64,000 nucleotides of DNA. It comes from TPA_inf: Saccharomyces. Its lineage: Eukaryota. The DNA lies in assembly GCA_000146045.2 (NCBI GenBank), contig BK006944.2, positions 602,817 through 666,816 on the forward strand, given 5' to 3'. Below the pieces are notes generated by a model that had not been told where the DNA came from, ran no database searches, and worked only from the letters and a program-made list of their open reading frames with translations. Each line of letters begins with the position of its first letter. Position 1 is the stretch's first letter. The position numbers were made by a program, and so were the translations under genes. Shown in pieces: positions 11,070 through 23,976 of this stretch.

Positions 11070-12913
11070 TGCTATGTATTCTTAGTGTACTGCGACTTGG
11101 GTTTCTTTCTTGCTTTGTATAAAAGTGCGATGAGTTCAATCATCAAGTGAATTTTTTTTTTTCAGCCTGCATTGAAAAAAAAAAAATTGTATGCTCGAGC
11201 GATGGGAAGGTTTTTTCCTCTTCCCGTTCAAAGCTTCCTCGGACCAACTCCACTTTTTCTCGGCCCGTTGTAAAGAAATGGGTAAGAGAACTAAATTGCA
11301 ATAAGCTTCGAATTATCGTTTTGATCCAGACATAAAGAGATGTACAAACTACAAAACAAGAGTAAAATAACTCGAACGAAGGGTACACCTTCTGTAATAA
11401 AACAAATTCACTATAACTGCCTTATTGGAGTGAAAAAACAAGATTATGTAGACCCCCTCTCGCGATAAAGAACATTAATGACTGCAACACCCGCACACCA
11501 CAAGGTGAAGGGCAAAGGTGAATTAACCAAAGTGAAGAGGACGACGTAGAATCAACCAGGTATCCTTGATAAGGGGAGGAGTAAGAAAAAAGTGTGTCGA
11601 ACGTAAATTTATGTGTCTAATGAAAGTATCTTCACACTAAGATTATAATTCTCCTTGGCAAAACAAAATGACACCTTTGTCCTGTTTTCGTTATCTACTT
11701 TTTTTTGTGTCAGATGTCATTTTGGTCTCCTACGCATCCACTACATCCTTGTCACAATTTGTTATCAGTAACCAACTTAGATGACTTGCACCAGCGCCAC
11801 ATCTTCGAAAGCGTTGAAACAAACTACGTAAACAAACAAAAAGTCAACATCCTGTAGATGTGGCTGCAAAACCACAGAATCCTCGTGTGGGAGAAAATAT
11901 TGATAGGACCAGAGCGAACTTTTTTGATACAGACGTAGGAGGTAGCCGTTACCGCATTAGTATACTATATGCGTACGGCCGCCAAGAGCCCAAGAAAGAG
12001 ACACAAAACTACGTGGGATAAGCTTGGGGTAACGCAATCAGTATTGTTCATTTTTTTTCCCGGAAAAGCTAAGAGTTTTCTGGCGAGATAAGATAACGGC
12101 GCCGAAGGCAGCGGCGAACTGACTTACCTCCGTCGGCTCCGGCGTACGGCACCAAAAAATCCCGCAATAACTTGACACCAATGGGCTAACGGCGTCCGCA
12201 GAACCGTGACGCAATCTGCGGTTTGTGTCAAGACAGAGAAGTGGGCTGCTTCTCCCCTTTCAACACTCCCCTCCCATGGCTGAATACTCAGACGTTTTCT
12301 GTGGTGGAAATGGCATCAAAAGTGCCACTGGCTGGCGAATCCAGACTATTTTGTGTCAAAGAAACATGCGTACCTGCACAATAAAAAGAAAAGGCCCGCC
12401 CTACTGACATCCTGTTCAGGATCCTCGAAGAACAGGAAAAAGGACAACCGTCCTTTTCACTTCACGTTCGCAGGGCTTTCCTCGATATAATGGCGATTAC
12501 ACAAGCGGTGGCGTCTTGAAAAAAGTTGGGTTTCTTATCTGTACGGCGATCACTCCCCTCATATGATAGCTGTGTAGAGTGACTTGCTCTTTGATTGGCC
12601 TTACTTCTTGCATCTATCATCCTTTCTTTTACTCTCTCCAATCACCACAACTCATATCATTCTACATTTCATTTTATTGTTCTGTACAATTTTTAGGTTT
12701 GTAAAATATATAAGTGATGTACATATCTTCTATATCCTTTCCGTTTGTGTCTATTTTAGGGTTGGCTTATTACGCATTATTCCTACTTTATTTTTACTTG
12801 CTTACTTGAAAAAGAAGGTATACCACAGTGCTGCTCCACTGCAAACAATATAAAATATTATCAATTATTTTTTTTTTTCTTCTTTTGAATTAGATCACTA
12901 ATAAACTCTTATA

Positions 12914-14719
12914 ATGCTCAACCATCCCAGCCAAGGCTCAGATGATGCTCAGGACGAAAAGCAAGGCGACTTCCCGGTCATCGAAGAGGAGAAGACCCAG
13001 GCTGTAACGCTGAAGGATTCGTATGTTAGCGACGACGTCGCCAACTCCACGGAACGCTACAACTTGTCCCCTTCTCCGGAGGACGAAGACTTCGAAGGCC
13101 CCACTGAAGAAGAAATGCAGACTTTAAGGCACGTTGGTGGTAAAATTCCTATGAGGTGTTGGTTAATTGCTATTGTAGAGCTTTCCGAGAGATTCTCCTA
13201 CTACGGGCTTTCCGCACCATTCCAAAACTACATGGAATATGGACCTAATGACTCCCCAAAGGGTGTTCTGAGCTTGAACAGTCAGGGTGCCACTGGGTTG
13301 TCGTATTTTTTCCAGTTTTGGTGTTACGTTACACCAGTTTTCGGTGGTTACGTTGCGGACACCTTCTGGGGTAAATATAATACAATTTGTTGCGGTACCG
13401 CTATTTACATTGCCGGTATTTTCATTCTATTTATCACTTCGATTCCCTCCGTTGGTAACAGAGACAGTGCTATTGGTGGGTTCATTGCTGCCATTATTCT
13501 GATCGGTATTGCCACTGGTATGATTAAAGCTAACCTTTCCGTGTTGATTGCCGACCAGCTTCCTAAGCGGAAACCCTCCATCAAAGTTTTAAAATCGGGC
13601 GAAAGAGTCATTGTCGATTCAAATATTACTTTACAAAACGTTTTTATGTTCTTCTATTTCATGATCAATGTCGGTTCTCTATCATTAATGGCCACTACTG
13701 AATTGGAATATCATAAGGGGTTCTGGGCGGCCTATCTATTGCCCTTCTGCTTCTTTTGGATCGCTGTTGTCACTTTGATTTTTGGTAAAAAGCAATACAT
13801 TCAAAGACCAATCGGAGATAAAGTCATCGCTAAAAGTTTTAAAGTTTGTTGGATTTTAACTAAGAATAAGTTCGACTTCAACGCTGCTAAACCTTCTGTT
13901 CATCCAGAAAAGAACTATCCATGGAATGACAAATTTGTTGATGAAATTAAGAGAGCTTTGGCGGCTTGTAAAGTCTTTATATTCTACCCAATTTATTGGA
14001 CCCAATACGGTACCATGATTTCCAGTTTCATCACTCAGGCCAGTATGATGGAATTACATGGAATTCCCAACGATTTCTTACAAGCATTCGATTCCATTGC
14101 GTTGATCATTTTCATCCCAATTTTTGAAAAATTCGTATATCCTTTCATTAGAAGATACACTCCACTAAAACCAATTACAAAAATTTTCTTCGGTTTCATG
14201 TTTGGATCTTTTGCCATGACATGGGCTGCTGTTCTACAAAGTTTCGTTTACAAGGCTGGTCCATGGTATAATGAACCTCTGGGTCACAACACCCCAAATC
14301 ATGTCCACGTTTGCTGGCAAATACCCGCATATGTCTTGATTTCTTTTTCAGAGATCTTTGCCTCTATCACTGGGTTGGAATACGCTTATTCCAAAGCCCC
14401 AGCTTCCATGAAATCGTTTATTATGTCCATTTTCTTATTGACTAACGCCTTTGGTTCTGCAATCGGTTGTGCATTGTCCCCAGTGACCGTTGATCCTAAA
14501 TTTACATGGTTATTCACTGGTTTGGCTGTTGCCTGCTTTATTTCTGGTTGTTTGTTCTGGTTGTGCTTCAGGAAGTATAATGATACAGAGGAAGAAATGA
14601 ACGCTATGGACTACGAAGAAGAAGACGAATTTGATCTCAATCCAATTTCCGCACCTAAAGCTAACGATATTGAAATATTAGAACCAATGGAAAGTCTAAG
14701 ATCCACCACCAAATATTAG
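12914..14719 (+). CDS. PTR2: Proton-coupled di/tripeptide transporter, POT/PTR family
   Basis: A 601-aa ORF with 12 predicted TM segments. It carries the PTR2-family signature around FYFMINVGSLS and an ExxERFxYY-like motif (ELSERFSYYG). Confidence 0.95.
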   Translation: MLNHPSQGSDDAQDEKQGDFPVIEEEKTQAVTLKDSYVSDDVANSTERYNLSPSPEDEDFEGPTEEEMQTLRHVGGKIPMRCWLIAIVELSERFSYYGLSAPFQNYMEYGPNDSPKGVLSLNSQGATGLSYFFQFWCYVTPVFGGYVADTFWGKYNTICCGTAIYIAGIFILFITSIPSVGNRDSAIGGFIAAIILIGIATGMIKANLSVLIADQLPKRKPSIKVLKSGERVIVDSNITLQNVFMFFYFMINVGSLSLMATTELEYHKGFWAAYLLPFCFFWIAVVTLIFGKKQYIQRPIGDKVIAKSFKVCWILTKNKFDFNAAKPSVHPEKNYPWNDKFVDEIKRALAACKVFIFYPIYWTQYGTMISSFITQASMMELHGIPNDFLQAFDSIALIIFIPIFEKFVYPFIRRYTPLKPITKIFFGFMFGSFAMTWAAVLQSFVYKAGPWYNEPLGHNTPNHVHVCWQIPAYVLISFSEIFASITGLEYAYSKAPASMKSFIMSIFLLTNAFGSAIGCALSPVTVDPKFTWLFTGLAVACFISGCLFWLCFRKYNDTEEEMNAMDYEEEDEFDLNPISAPKANDIEILEPMESLRSTTKY

Positions 14720-15179
14720 TGCGTTTAATTAACTTACTGTCTTTTTTTTTTTTTTTTTTTTAACCATATTACGTTGACGGGAGTTTTCTGTGCTGCTGTT
14801 ATTTGTTTCACAGAACTCTCTCCTCTTCCATTGCTATCGAACAGATAAAATGGAATTTCTTTATGTATAATTACTATTGTATAATATTCAGTAAATCTAA
14901 ATTTTAAGCTCATATATCTAAACACTACAACATGGAAGCAGCTTGTCCTCTTCAGGCTCACTGTATCCGTTTACTCTTATTTCGCGTATTTGCATACCAT
15001 TATCTCAAATGACTTGTTATTATATCTTGATATATATTGTATTATAGAACAATTTGTGAAGAGAGGTCCATATTAAGATTTCCTCCCATTTACAAATAGA
15101 ATAGAAAAGGAAATATATATGTAGTAAAAAAATCGTGATGTATACAAACTTTGGATTTGTGGAGATCGTAATAAATCGA

Positions 15180-15934
<755 letters not shown>

Positions 15935-16988
15935 TTTGAACCTTTGGTGGCTTTACCTCTTGCTGAACGGGAAAAAGTGATATATAAGGTTGCTCTTATT
16001 TGTGTATTTGAGATTATGAGTTGCATACCCATAATGCCTGGGATAGATGGGTAATGGCTAGTATGAGGCGGATCATATGGCGGATTATCCGCCATATCCT
16101 ATTGCGGTACTTCAGAATCTGAAAAACATGAAAAAAAAAAAAAAGTTCAGCAAAAATGGAAAGATTGCACCCAGACAACTACACAAATCTATTAGAGGCA
16201 CGGATGGAAATAGTATTTAAAAAGGATTGTCGAAAGATGATATGGCCTCCGATGAGAAGAAAGGCGGCTATCCTCATCCACATATAGAACACAAATGAAT
16301 GCCAATAGGTAATAAATCACTAAATCTACTAGTTTGTAAAAGGTTCGAAATAATATGTCATAAATTTCGCTGTTACCTTATTGCTCAGGCGCTTAACGCC
16401 AAATTGCATTGCCCATCATTGAAGAACACAACCTAACGCGTTAATATCTCAAGCAATGAATTCAAGTATCCCTATGCAAGAATTTAAAAATTTCTCTCTC
16501 TATTTGAACTGAACCAGCATTTTTTATATCTCTCCACATATCGCAGAAAGCTTTTCTACTCTCAAGAAAAAATTGAGGGATGGGTCAACCTTCCATAGAT
16601 TCTATATGGAATAATAAAATTTACTTCTTACTAACATTATATCAGGGTGAATATTACTGACAAAAATAATAACTTAAGTCTTCTTTATAATATGATGATC
16701 GACGCGCGGGGTAACGCGCTCTTCCCATCTTTGTTTCCTTTCATTCCTCTTGACATGACAACAAGAGTATATGGGAAAAGAAAACTGGAAGGCAAATTGA
16801 ATACAGACAGAGATATCAATAAAAGTGGTCCATTGAGTCTTACGGCGCCGGAGAGATACGCTCCATTTACAATATTTACTGATAGATATATTGCTGCCTG
16901 TCTATTTTTCCATCTCTTGTGCTGACTAGGACTTAACTGATACTCGCCGAAGCTACACAAATAGTCAGTAACGCCACGTTTTAGGATA

Positions 16989-19900
16989 ATGTCGGATCAT
17001 GATACTCCAATGGAAAGCATACAAAATGGTGAAAATTCAGACGAAAGATTGAACGCCATTGCGTCTTTTTTCGGTTGCTCTTTAGAGCAGGTTAAATCAT
17101 TTGACGGTGATGTGGTAAAACACCTTAACGATAAACTTTTACAGTTTAATGAACTTAAATCGGAGAATCTAAAGGTTACCGTCTCATTCGATGAATTGAA
17201 GGCTAGTTCTTTAAAGAAAATTGATGGTTTGAAGACAGAAATGGAAAACGTTATAAGAGAAAATGATAAAATCCGAAAAGAGAGGAATGATACTTTTGTT
17301 AAGTTCGAATCTGTAGAAAATGAAAAGATGAAATTATCAAGTGAGCTAGAGTTTGTGAAAAGGAAGCTCGATGATTTAACTGAGGAGAAAAAGGAAACCC
17401 AGAGTAATCAACAGCGAACCCTGAAAATACTGGATGAAAGACTAAAAGAAATAGAATTGGTCAGGGTTGAGAATAATCGCTCCAATAGTGAATGTAAGAA
17501 ACTACGCTCTACAATAATGGATTTAGAAACAAAACAACAGGGCTATATTACTAATGACCTGAATTCTAGAACTGAACTGGAAAGAAAAACACAAGAATTG
17601 ACTTTATTGCAGTCAAATAATGATTGGCTAGAAAAGGAGCTACGTTCAAAAAATGAACAGTATCTCTCCTACAGACAAAAAACCGACAAAGTAATTCTAG
17701 ATATCAGGAATGAATTAAATCGTTTAAGGAATGATTTTCAAATGGAAAGAACGAATAATGATGTTTTGAAGCAAAAAAATAACGAATTGTCAAAATCTTT
17801 ACAAGAAAAACTACTGGAAATCAAGGGTCTATCCGACTCCCTAAATTCCGAAAAGCAAGAATTTTCTGCAGAAATGTCCCTAAAGCAACGTTTAGTGGAC
17901 CTTTTAGAATCACAATTGAACGCTGTAAAAGAAGAATTGAACAGTATAAGAGAGTTGAACACTGCAAAGGTAATAGCAGATGATTCAAAAAAACAAACTC
18001 CCGAAAATGAAGACTTACTTAAGGAATTGCAGTTAACGAAAGAAAAATTAGCACAATGCGAAAAAGAATGTCTACGTTTATCCTCTATAACTGACGAAGC
18101 AGATGAAGATAATGAAAATTTATCTGCAAAATCTAGTTCTGATTTTATATTCCTGAAGAAACAATTAATTAAAGAAAGGCGTACCAAGGAACATCTTCAA
18201 AATCAAATTGAAACATTCATCGTAGAGTTGGAACATAAAGTGCCCATTATAAACTCTTTCAAAGAAAGAACTGACATGTTGGAAAACGAATTGAATAACG
18301 CTGCATTGTTACTAGAGCATACATCGAACGAGAAGAATGCAAAGGTTAAGGAATTAAATGCCAAAAACCAAAAGCTAGTGGAATGTGAAAATGATCTTCA
18401 AACTTTAACTAAACAACGTCTCGATCTATGCCGTCAAATACAATACCTTTTAATTACCAATTCTGTTTCTAATGACTCGAAGGGACCCTTACGTAAGGAA
18501 GAAATTCAATTTATTCAAAACATTATGCAGGAAGACGATAGTACTATCACAGAATCTGACTCTCAAAAAGTCGTAACTGAAAGACTAGTTGAATTCAAAA
18601 ACATTATTCAATTACAAGAAAAAAATGCAGAACTTTTGAAAGTAGTAAGAAACTTAGCCGATAAGTTGGAATCGAAAGAAAAGAAATCTAAACAAAGTCT
18701 TCAGAAAATCGAAAGTGAAACAGTAAATGAGGCTAAAGAGGCTATAATAACTTTAAAGAGTGAAAAAATGGATCTAGAATCAAGAATTGAGGAACTACAG
18801 AAAGAGCTTGAAGAATTGAAAACTTCTGTTCCCAACGAAGATGCGTCATACAGCAATGTAACTATAAAACAGTTAACCGAAACTAAGAGAGACCTCGAAT
18901 CTCAAGTACAAGACTTGCAAACTCGTATCTCGCAAATTACTAGGGAGTCTACTGAAAATATGTCACTTTTAAACAAGGAGATACAGGACCTGTATGACAG
19001 CAAGAGCGACATATCCATTAAGCTTGGAAAGGAAAAATCATCGAGAATATTGGCAGAGGAACGATTTAAACTACTTTCGAATACGTTAGATCTAACTAAA
19101 GCTGAGAACGACCAACTGCGCAAAAGGTTTGATTATTTACAGAATACTATTTTAAAACAAGATTCCAAAACACACGAGACACTTAATGAATACGTTTCCT
19201 GTAAATCTAAGTTAAGCATTGTTGAAACAGAATTATTGAACCTGAAAGAAGAACAGAAATTAAGAGTTCATTTAGAAAAGAACTTGAAACAAGAACTGAA
19301 TAAACTCTCCCCTGAAAAGGACAGTTTACGCATCATGGTAACTCAATTACAAACTTTACAAAAGGAGCGTGAAGATCTATTGGAAGAGACTAGGAAATCA
19401 TGTCAAAAGAAAATAGATGAACTTGAAGATGCTCTCAGCGAACTTAAAAAGGAAACTTCTCAAAAAGACCATCATATCAAACAGCTGGAAGAAGACAACA
19501 ATTCAAATATAGAATGGTACCAAAATAAAATCGAAGCTTTGAAGAAAGATTATGAATCAGTAATAACTTCTGTAGATAGTAAGCAAACTGACATTGAGAA
19601 ATTACAATATAAAGTCAAATCACTAGAAAAGGAAATCGAGGAGGACAAGATTCGTTTACATACTTATAATGTTATGGATGAAACAATTAACGATGATTCC
19701 CTACGCAAGGAGTTGGAAAAATCCAAGATTAACTTAACTGATGCTTATTCACAAATCAAAGAATACAAGGATCTCTACGAGACTACCTCTCAGTCTTTGC
19801 AGCAAACGAATTCTAAATTGGATGAATCTTTCAAGGACTTTACTAACCAGATTAAAAACCTAACTGATGAAAAAACTAGTTTGGAGGATAAGATTTCGCT

Positions 19901-22616
19901 TCTAAAAGAGCAAATGTTTAATTTGAATAATGAGCTAGATTTGCAGAAAAAAGGGATGGAAAAAGAAAAAGCTGACTTTAAGAAAAGGATATCAATTTTA
20001 CAGAACAATAATAAAGAAGTCGAAGCTGTTAAGTCCGAATATGAATCGAAGTTATCAAAAATCCAAAACGACCTTGATCAACAAACTATATATGCTAATA
20101 CTGCGCAAAACAACTATGAACAAGAACTACAGAAACATGCAGATGTTTCTAAGACGATTAGTGAATTAAGAGAGCAATTACATACGTACAAAGGTCAAGT
20201 TAAGACCCTGAACTTATCGCGTGATCAACTGGAGAATGCTCTGAAAGAAAACGAAAAGAGTTGGTCCTCCCAGAAGGAATCTTTATTAGAACAGCTAGAT
20301 TTATCGAATTCTCGTATTGAGGATTTATCCTCCCAAAATAAACTATTGTATGATCAAATACAAATCTACACAGCTGCGGACAAAGAAGTCAATAATTCGA
20401 CAAACGGACCTGGTTTGAATAATATTTTAATTACACTACGTCGCGAAAGGGATATTCTTGATACAAAAGTGACGGTGGCTGAAAGAGATGCAAAAATGTT
20501 GAGACAAAAAATTTCTTTGATGGATGTTGAATTACAAGATGCTCGTACTAAGCTAGATAATTCAAGAGTTGAAAAGGAAAATCATTCTTCCATTATTCAA
20601 CAGCATGACGACATTATGGAGAAATTAAATCAATTAAATCTATTAAGAGAAAGTAACATAACATTGCGGAATGAGCTGGAAAACAACAATAACAAGAAGA
20701 AGGAACTGCAATCTGAATTAGATAAATTGAAGCAAAATGTTGCGCCTATCGAGTCCGAATTGACAGCCTTGAAATATTCTATGCAAGAAAAAGAGCAAGA
20801 GCTCAAATTAGCTAAAGAAGAGGTTCATCGTTGGAAAAAGCGCTCACAAGACATATTGGAGAAACATGAACAATTGAGCTCAAGCGATTATGAGAAGCTA
20901 GAAAGCGAGATAGAAAATTTGAAGGAGGAACTAGAAAATAAGGAGCGTCAAGGAGCGGAAGCCGAGGAAAAATTTAACAGGCTGAGAAGACAAGCGCAAG
21001 AGAGATTAAAAACATCAAAACTCTCACAGGACTCATTGACTGAACAAGTAAATAGTCTAAGGGATGCAAAGAACGTGTTGGAAAATTCCTTGAGTGAGGC
21101 AAACGCGAGAATCGAAGAGTTACAAAATGCAAAAGTAGCACAAGGTAACAACCAGTTAGAAGCAATAAGAAAATTACAAGAAGACGCAGAAAAGGCTTCA
21201 AGAGAGCTTCAAGCCAAGTTAGAAGAAAGTACGACTTCTTACGAATCTACGATAAACGGCTTAAATGAAGAGATTACAACATTAAAAGAAGAAATTGAAA
21301 AACAAAGGCAAATCCAGCAACAGTTACAAGCTACATCTGCAAATGAACAAAATGACTTATCTAACATAGTTGAGTCTATGAAAAAGTCTTTTGAAGAAGA
21401 TAAAATCAAATTCATCAAAGAAAAAACCCAAGAAGTTAATGAAAAAATACTCGAGGCCCAAGAAAGGCTAAATCAACCTTCCAATATCAATATGGAGGAG
21501 ATTAAAAAAAAATGGGAATCTGAGCACGAACAGGAAGTATCTCAAAAGATTCGCGAAGCTGAGGAAGCCCTCAAAAAGCGAATCAGATTACCCACTGAGG
21601 AGAAAATTAATAAGATAATCGAACGAAAGAAGGAGGAATTGGAAAAAGAGTTTGAAGAAAAGGTTGAGGAGAGAATAAAATCAATGGAACAATCTGGAGA
21701 AATAGACGTGGTGCTTCGAAAACAGCTAGAAGCTAAGGTTCAAGAGAAACAAAAGGAATTGGAAAACGAGTATAACAAAAAATTACAAGAAGAACTCAAA
21801 GATGTACCACACTCAAGTCATATCTCAGATGATGAAAGGGACAAATTACGAGCAGAAATCGAAAGCAGGTTGAGGGAGGAGTTCAACAATGAACTGCAAG
21901 CCATAAAGAAGAAATCCTTCGACGAAGGAAAGCAACAAGCAATGATGAAAACTACCCTTTTGGAAAGAAAACTTGCCAAGATGGAATCTCAATTGTCAGA
22001 AACAAAACAAAGTGCCGAGAGTCCTCCGAAATCTGTTAACAATGTACAAAATCCATTACTAGGATTACCTAGGAAAATCGAAGAGAATTCAAATTCACCA
22101 TTCAATCCGTTACTTTCCGGTGAAAAACTCTTAAAGCTAAATTCTAAGTCTTCATCAGGTGGATTTAACCCTTTTACCTCGCCATCCCCAAATAAGCACT
22201 TACAAAATGATAATGACAAAAGGGAGTCGTTGGCTAACAAGACAGATCCACCAACTCATTTGGAACCCAGCTTCAACATTCCCGCCTCAAGGGGTCTAAT
22301 ATCTTCATCTTCCACTTTGTCAACTGATACAAATGATGAAGAACTTACTAGCAACAATCCTGCCCAAAAGGATTCATCGAACAGAAATGTTCAATCGGAA
22401 GAGGATACAGAAAAAAAGAAAGAGGGAGAACCTGTTAAAAGAGGAGAGGCAATAGAAGAGCAGACGAAATCCAACAAGCGACCTATTGATGAGGTAGGAG
22501 AGCTGAAAAATGATGAAGACGACACTACAGAAAACATTAATGAGTCAAAAAAGATCAAGACTGAAGATGAGGAAGAAAAAGAAACCGATAAGGTGAATGA
22601 CGAGAACAGTATATAA
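16989..22616 (+). CDS. MLP1: Nuclear-basket myosin-like coiled-coil protein (Tpr homologue)
   Basis: A 1875-aa ORF that is almost entirely heptad-repeat coiled coil, rich in E/K/L/Q. The acidic/basic C-terminal tail has NLS-like KKIK and KRPIDE motifs. I recognise it as Mlp1. Confidence 0.93.
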   Translation: MSDHDTPMESIQNGENSDERLNAIASFFGCSLEQVKSFDGDVVKHLNDKLLQFNELKSENLKVTVSFDELKASSLKKIDGLKTEMENVIRENDKIRKERNDTFVKFESVENEKMKLSSELEFVKRKLDDLTEEKKETQSNQQRTLKILDERLKEIELVRVENNRSNSECKKLRSTIMDLETKQQGYITNDLNSRTELERKTQELTLLQSNNDWLEKELRSKNEQYLSYRQKTDKVILDIRNELNRLRNDFQMERTNNDVLKQKNNELSKSLQEKLLEIKGLSDSLNSEKQEFSAEMSLKQRLVDLLESQLNAVKEELNSIRELNTAKVIADDSKKQTPENEDLLKELQLTKEKLAQCEKECLRLSSITDEADEDNENLSAKSSSDFIFLKKQLIKERRTKEHLQNQIETFIVELEHKVPIINSFKERTDMLENELNNAALLLEHTSNEKNAKVKELNAKNQKLVECENDLQTLTKQRLDLCRQIQYLLITNSVSNDSKGPLRKEEIQFIQNIMQEDDSTITESDSQKVVTERLVEFKNIIQLQEKNAELLKVVRNLADKLESKEKKSKQSLQKIESETVNEAKEAIITLKSEKMDLESRIEELQKELEELKTSVPNEDASYSNVTIKQLTETKRDLESQVQDLQTRISQITRESTENMSLLNKEIQDLYDSKSDISIKLGKEKSSRILAEERFKLLSNTLDLTKAENDQLRKRFDYLQNTILKQDSKTHETLNEYVSCKSKLSIVETELLNLKEEQKLRVHLEKNLKQELNKLSPEKDSLRIMVTQLQTLQKEREDLLEETRKSCQKKIDELEDALSELKKETSQKDHHIKQLEEDNNSNIEWYQNKIEALKKDYESVITSVDSKQTDIEKLQYKVKSLEKEIEEDKIRLHTYNVMDETINDDSLRKELEKSKINLTDAYSQIKEYKDLYETTSQSLQQTNSKLDESFKDFTNQIKNLTDEKTSLEDKISLLKEQMFNLNNELDLQKKGMEKEKADFKKRISILQNNNKEVEAVKSEYESKLSKIQNDLDQQTIYANTAQNNYEQELQKHADVSKTISELREQLHTYKGQVKTLNLSRDQLENALKENEKSWSSQKESLLEQLDLSNSRIEDLSSQNKLLYDQIQIYTAADKEVNNSTNGPGLNNILITLRRERDILDTKVTVAERDAKMLRQKISLMDVELQDARTKLDNSRVEKENHSSIIQQHDDIMEKLNQLNLLRESNITLRNELENNNNKKKELQSELDKLKQNVAPIESELTALKYSMQEKEQELKLAKEEVHRWKKRSQDILEKHEQLSSSDYEKLESEIENLKEELENKERQGAEAEEKFNRLRRQAQERLKTSKLSQDSLTEQVNSLRDAKNVLENSLSEANARIEELQNAKVAQGNNQLEAIRKLQEDAEKASRELQAKLEESTTSYESTINGLNEEITTLKEEIEKQRQIQQQLQATSANEQNDLSNIVESMKKSFEEDKIKFIKEKTQEVNEKILEAQERLNQPSNINMEEIKKKWESEHEQEVSQKIREAEEALKKRIRLPTEEKINKIIERKKEELEKEFEEKVEERIKSMEQSGEIDVVLRKQLEAKVQEKQKELENEYNKKLQEELKDVPHSSHISDDERDKLRAEIESRLREEFNNELQAIKKKSFDEGKQQAMMKTTLLERKLAKMESQLSETKQSAESPPKSVNNVQNPLLGLPRKIEENSNSPFNPLLSGEKLLKLNSKSSSGGFNPFTSPSPNKHLQNDNDKRESLANKTDPPTHLEPSFNIPASRGLISSSSTLSTDTNDEELTSNNPAQKDSSNRNVQSEEDTEKKKEGEPVKRGEAIEEQTKSNKRPIDEVGELKNDEDDTTENINESKKIKTEDEEEKETDKVNDENSI

Positions 22617-23047
22617 AGGAGATAGTAAAAACAAGGGATCAATACAAACTAAACCTTTTTCAATGTGGAGGAGCTTCATTCTGCCCTATGTCAAGACCAT
22701 TTGTAATATACGTACAACAGCATTCTTGTTTCATAAAGTTTATATATGTATAAGCTAAGATGAAGTCACGTAAATAGCTCAAATGCCGATTTTTTAATAC
22801 TCCAAACACAGAATCCTCTATATATGGAAATGGAATCATGAATCTTACGGTTTGTGTTTTGAATGTTCCAAACAGATTTTCTTAGTGTTCCGATCTCTGT
22901 TCCACCCACCAAACGAGAAAAAAGTAGGTCTTCGCGAAAACTCCAGCGACACCGCTGGTCCTTTAAGTTAAAATAATATGAATGGTGGAAGAACCCAGAT
23001 CAACTTGACTGAAACAAGTCTGCCAACATAGACAGCTAAGAAAATTG

Positions 23048-23389
23048 ATGACAAGCAAACGGGAAAAGTCACTGGATCACACATTGTAAGTAGAAGCAGT
23101 TTTTCAATGGGAAGACCGCACTGCATAGTTTACTAACTATTTAAACTTTCCAAACATTAGAGAACTAAAGATACCGTTTGAAACGGAGCGACAAGCGACC
23201 ATAGCAACCAAAGTCCTATCTCCGGACCCGATTTTGAAGCCACAAGATTTTCAAGTAGACTACAGTTCCGAGAAAAATGTCATGCTAGTCCAGTTCAGAA
23301 GCATTGATGATAGGGTGCTTCGAGTGGGAGTTAGCAGTATCATAGACAGTATCAAAACCATTGTGGAAGCCATGGACGTTCTATCATAA
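23048..23389 (+). CDS. PCC1: Spliced small KEOPS/EKC complex subunit. Exon 1 is 23048..23085 and exon 2 is 23161..23389, giving 88 aa.
   Basis: ATGACAAGCAAACGGGAAAAGTCACTGGATCACACATT is followed by GTAAGTAG. A TACTAAC lies at 23131-23137 and a CATTAG 3'SS ends at 23160. The joined exons give MTSKREKSLDHTLELKIPFETERQATIATKVLSPDPILKPQDFQVDYSSEKNVMLVQFRSIDDRVLRVGVSSIIDSIKTIVEAMDVLS*, which is Pcc1-like. It is absent from the ORF track because each exon is under 60 codons without a Met. Confidence 0.85.
23086..23160 (+). other. Spliceosomal intron of PCC1 (75 nt)
   Basis: GTAAGT 5'SS, TACTAAC branchpoint and YAG 3'SS are present. Splicing keeps the reading frame (TT|A = Leu). Confidence 0.82.
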
Positions 23390-23976
23390 ATAATTAGAAC
23401 ACCGTATTAGTGTACATATAGTATAAGTATCTAGACGGCATTCATGCACATCATAACTTAAATATTTAAAATAGCATTAAGATAAAAAAATAAAGAGAGG
23501 TATAGTTGCTAAATGTCCTGGGGTTGCGTGTAAATAAACAATTGTTTGCTTTGAGTAAAGCAAGCATGTGGATGGTAGATGAGGCCTTATTTACTCCCAT
23601 TAGCTGGGTAACGCAGAAAGTTTTAATATGAAAGGGTGACGGCGCTTGGCGTTTTTCTTGGATTGTAGAAGTCATGCTAGGCCCTTGGAGTAAGATAAGA
23701 GAGAACAAATAAAAGCTTTGGCAAATATCAACTCAGACGTCTTTTTTAAAGAGGATATAGAGCTTTGGTGTTGGCCTATTTCCCATCGCTGTTAAATTTC
23801 CGCTTTTTTGTTTTTTTTTTCCCTAAATTTGAGGAACAGCTGTTTATATTGATTTCCTTCTTTCCTGGTGCATATTGGTTGAATCATCAACGCTTAACGA
23901 CTAACAAATTAGATCCAGAGTTACAGACGGGTGAGATTCATATATAGACCGAAGGAGTTTCACAATCCACTATATT

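Noticed and set aside
10009-11085. Three long ORFs (158, 303 and 139 aa) overlapping SRP40 on both strands
   Set aside because: They are low-complexity translations (poly-Leu, poly-Ala/Gln, poly-Glu) of the complementary and alternate frames of a Ser/Asp/Glu codon array. There are no domain features. The real gene is the 406-aa minus-strand ORF with a conserved C-terminal domain.
16321-16345. GGTTCGAAA, resembling a tRNA T-loop
   Set aside because: No flanking acceptor-stem complementarity, no A-box/B-box spacing and no D-loop. I found no credible tRNA anywhere in the window.
16647-16960. Two overlapping about 91-aa ORFs just upstream of MLP1
   Set aside because: They have no recognisable motifs, overlap each other on opposite strands within a promoter region, and have composition typical of random AT-rich intergenic ORFs.
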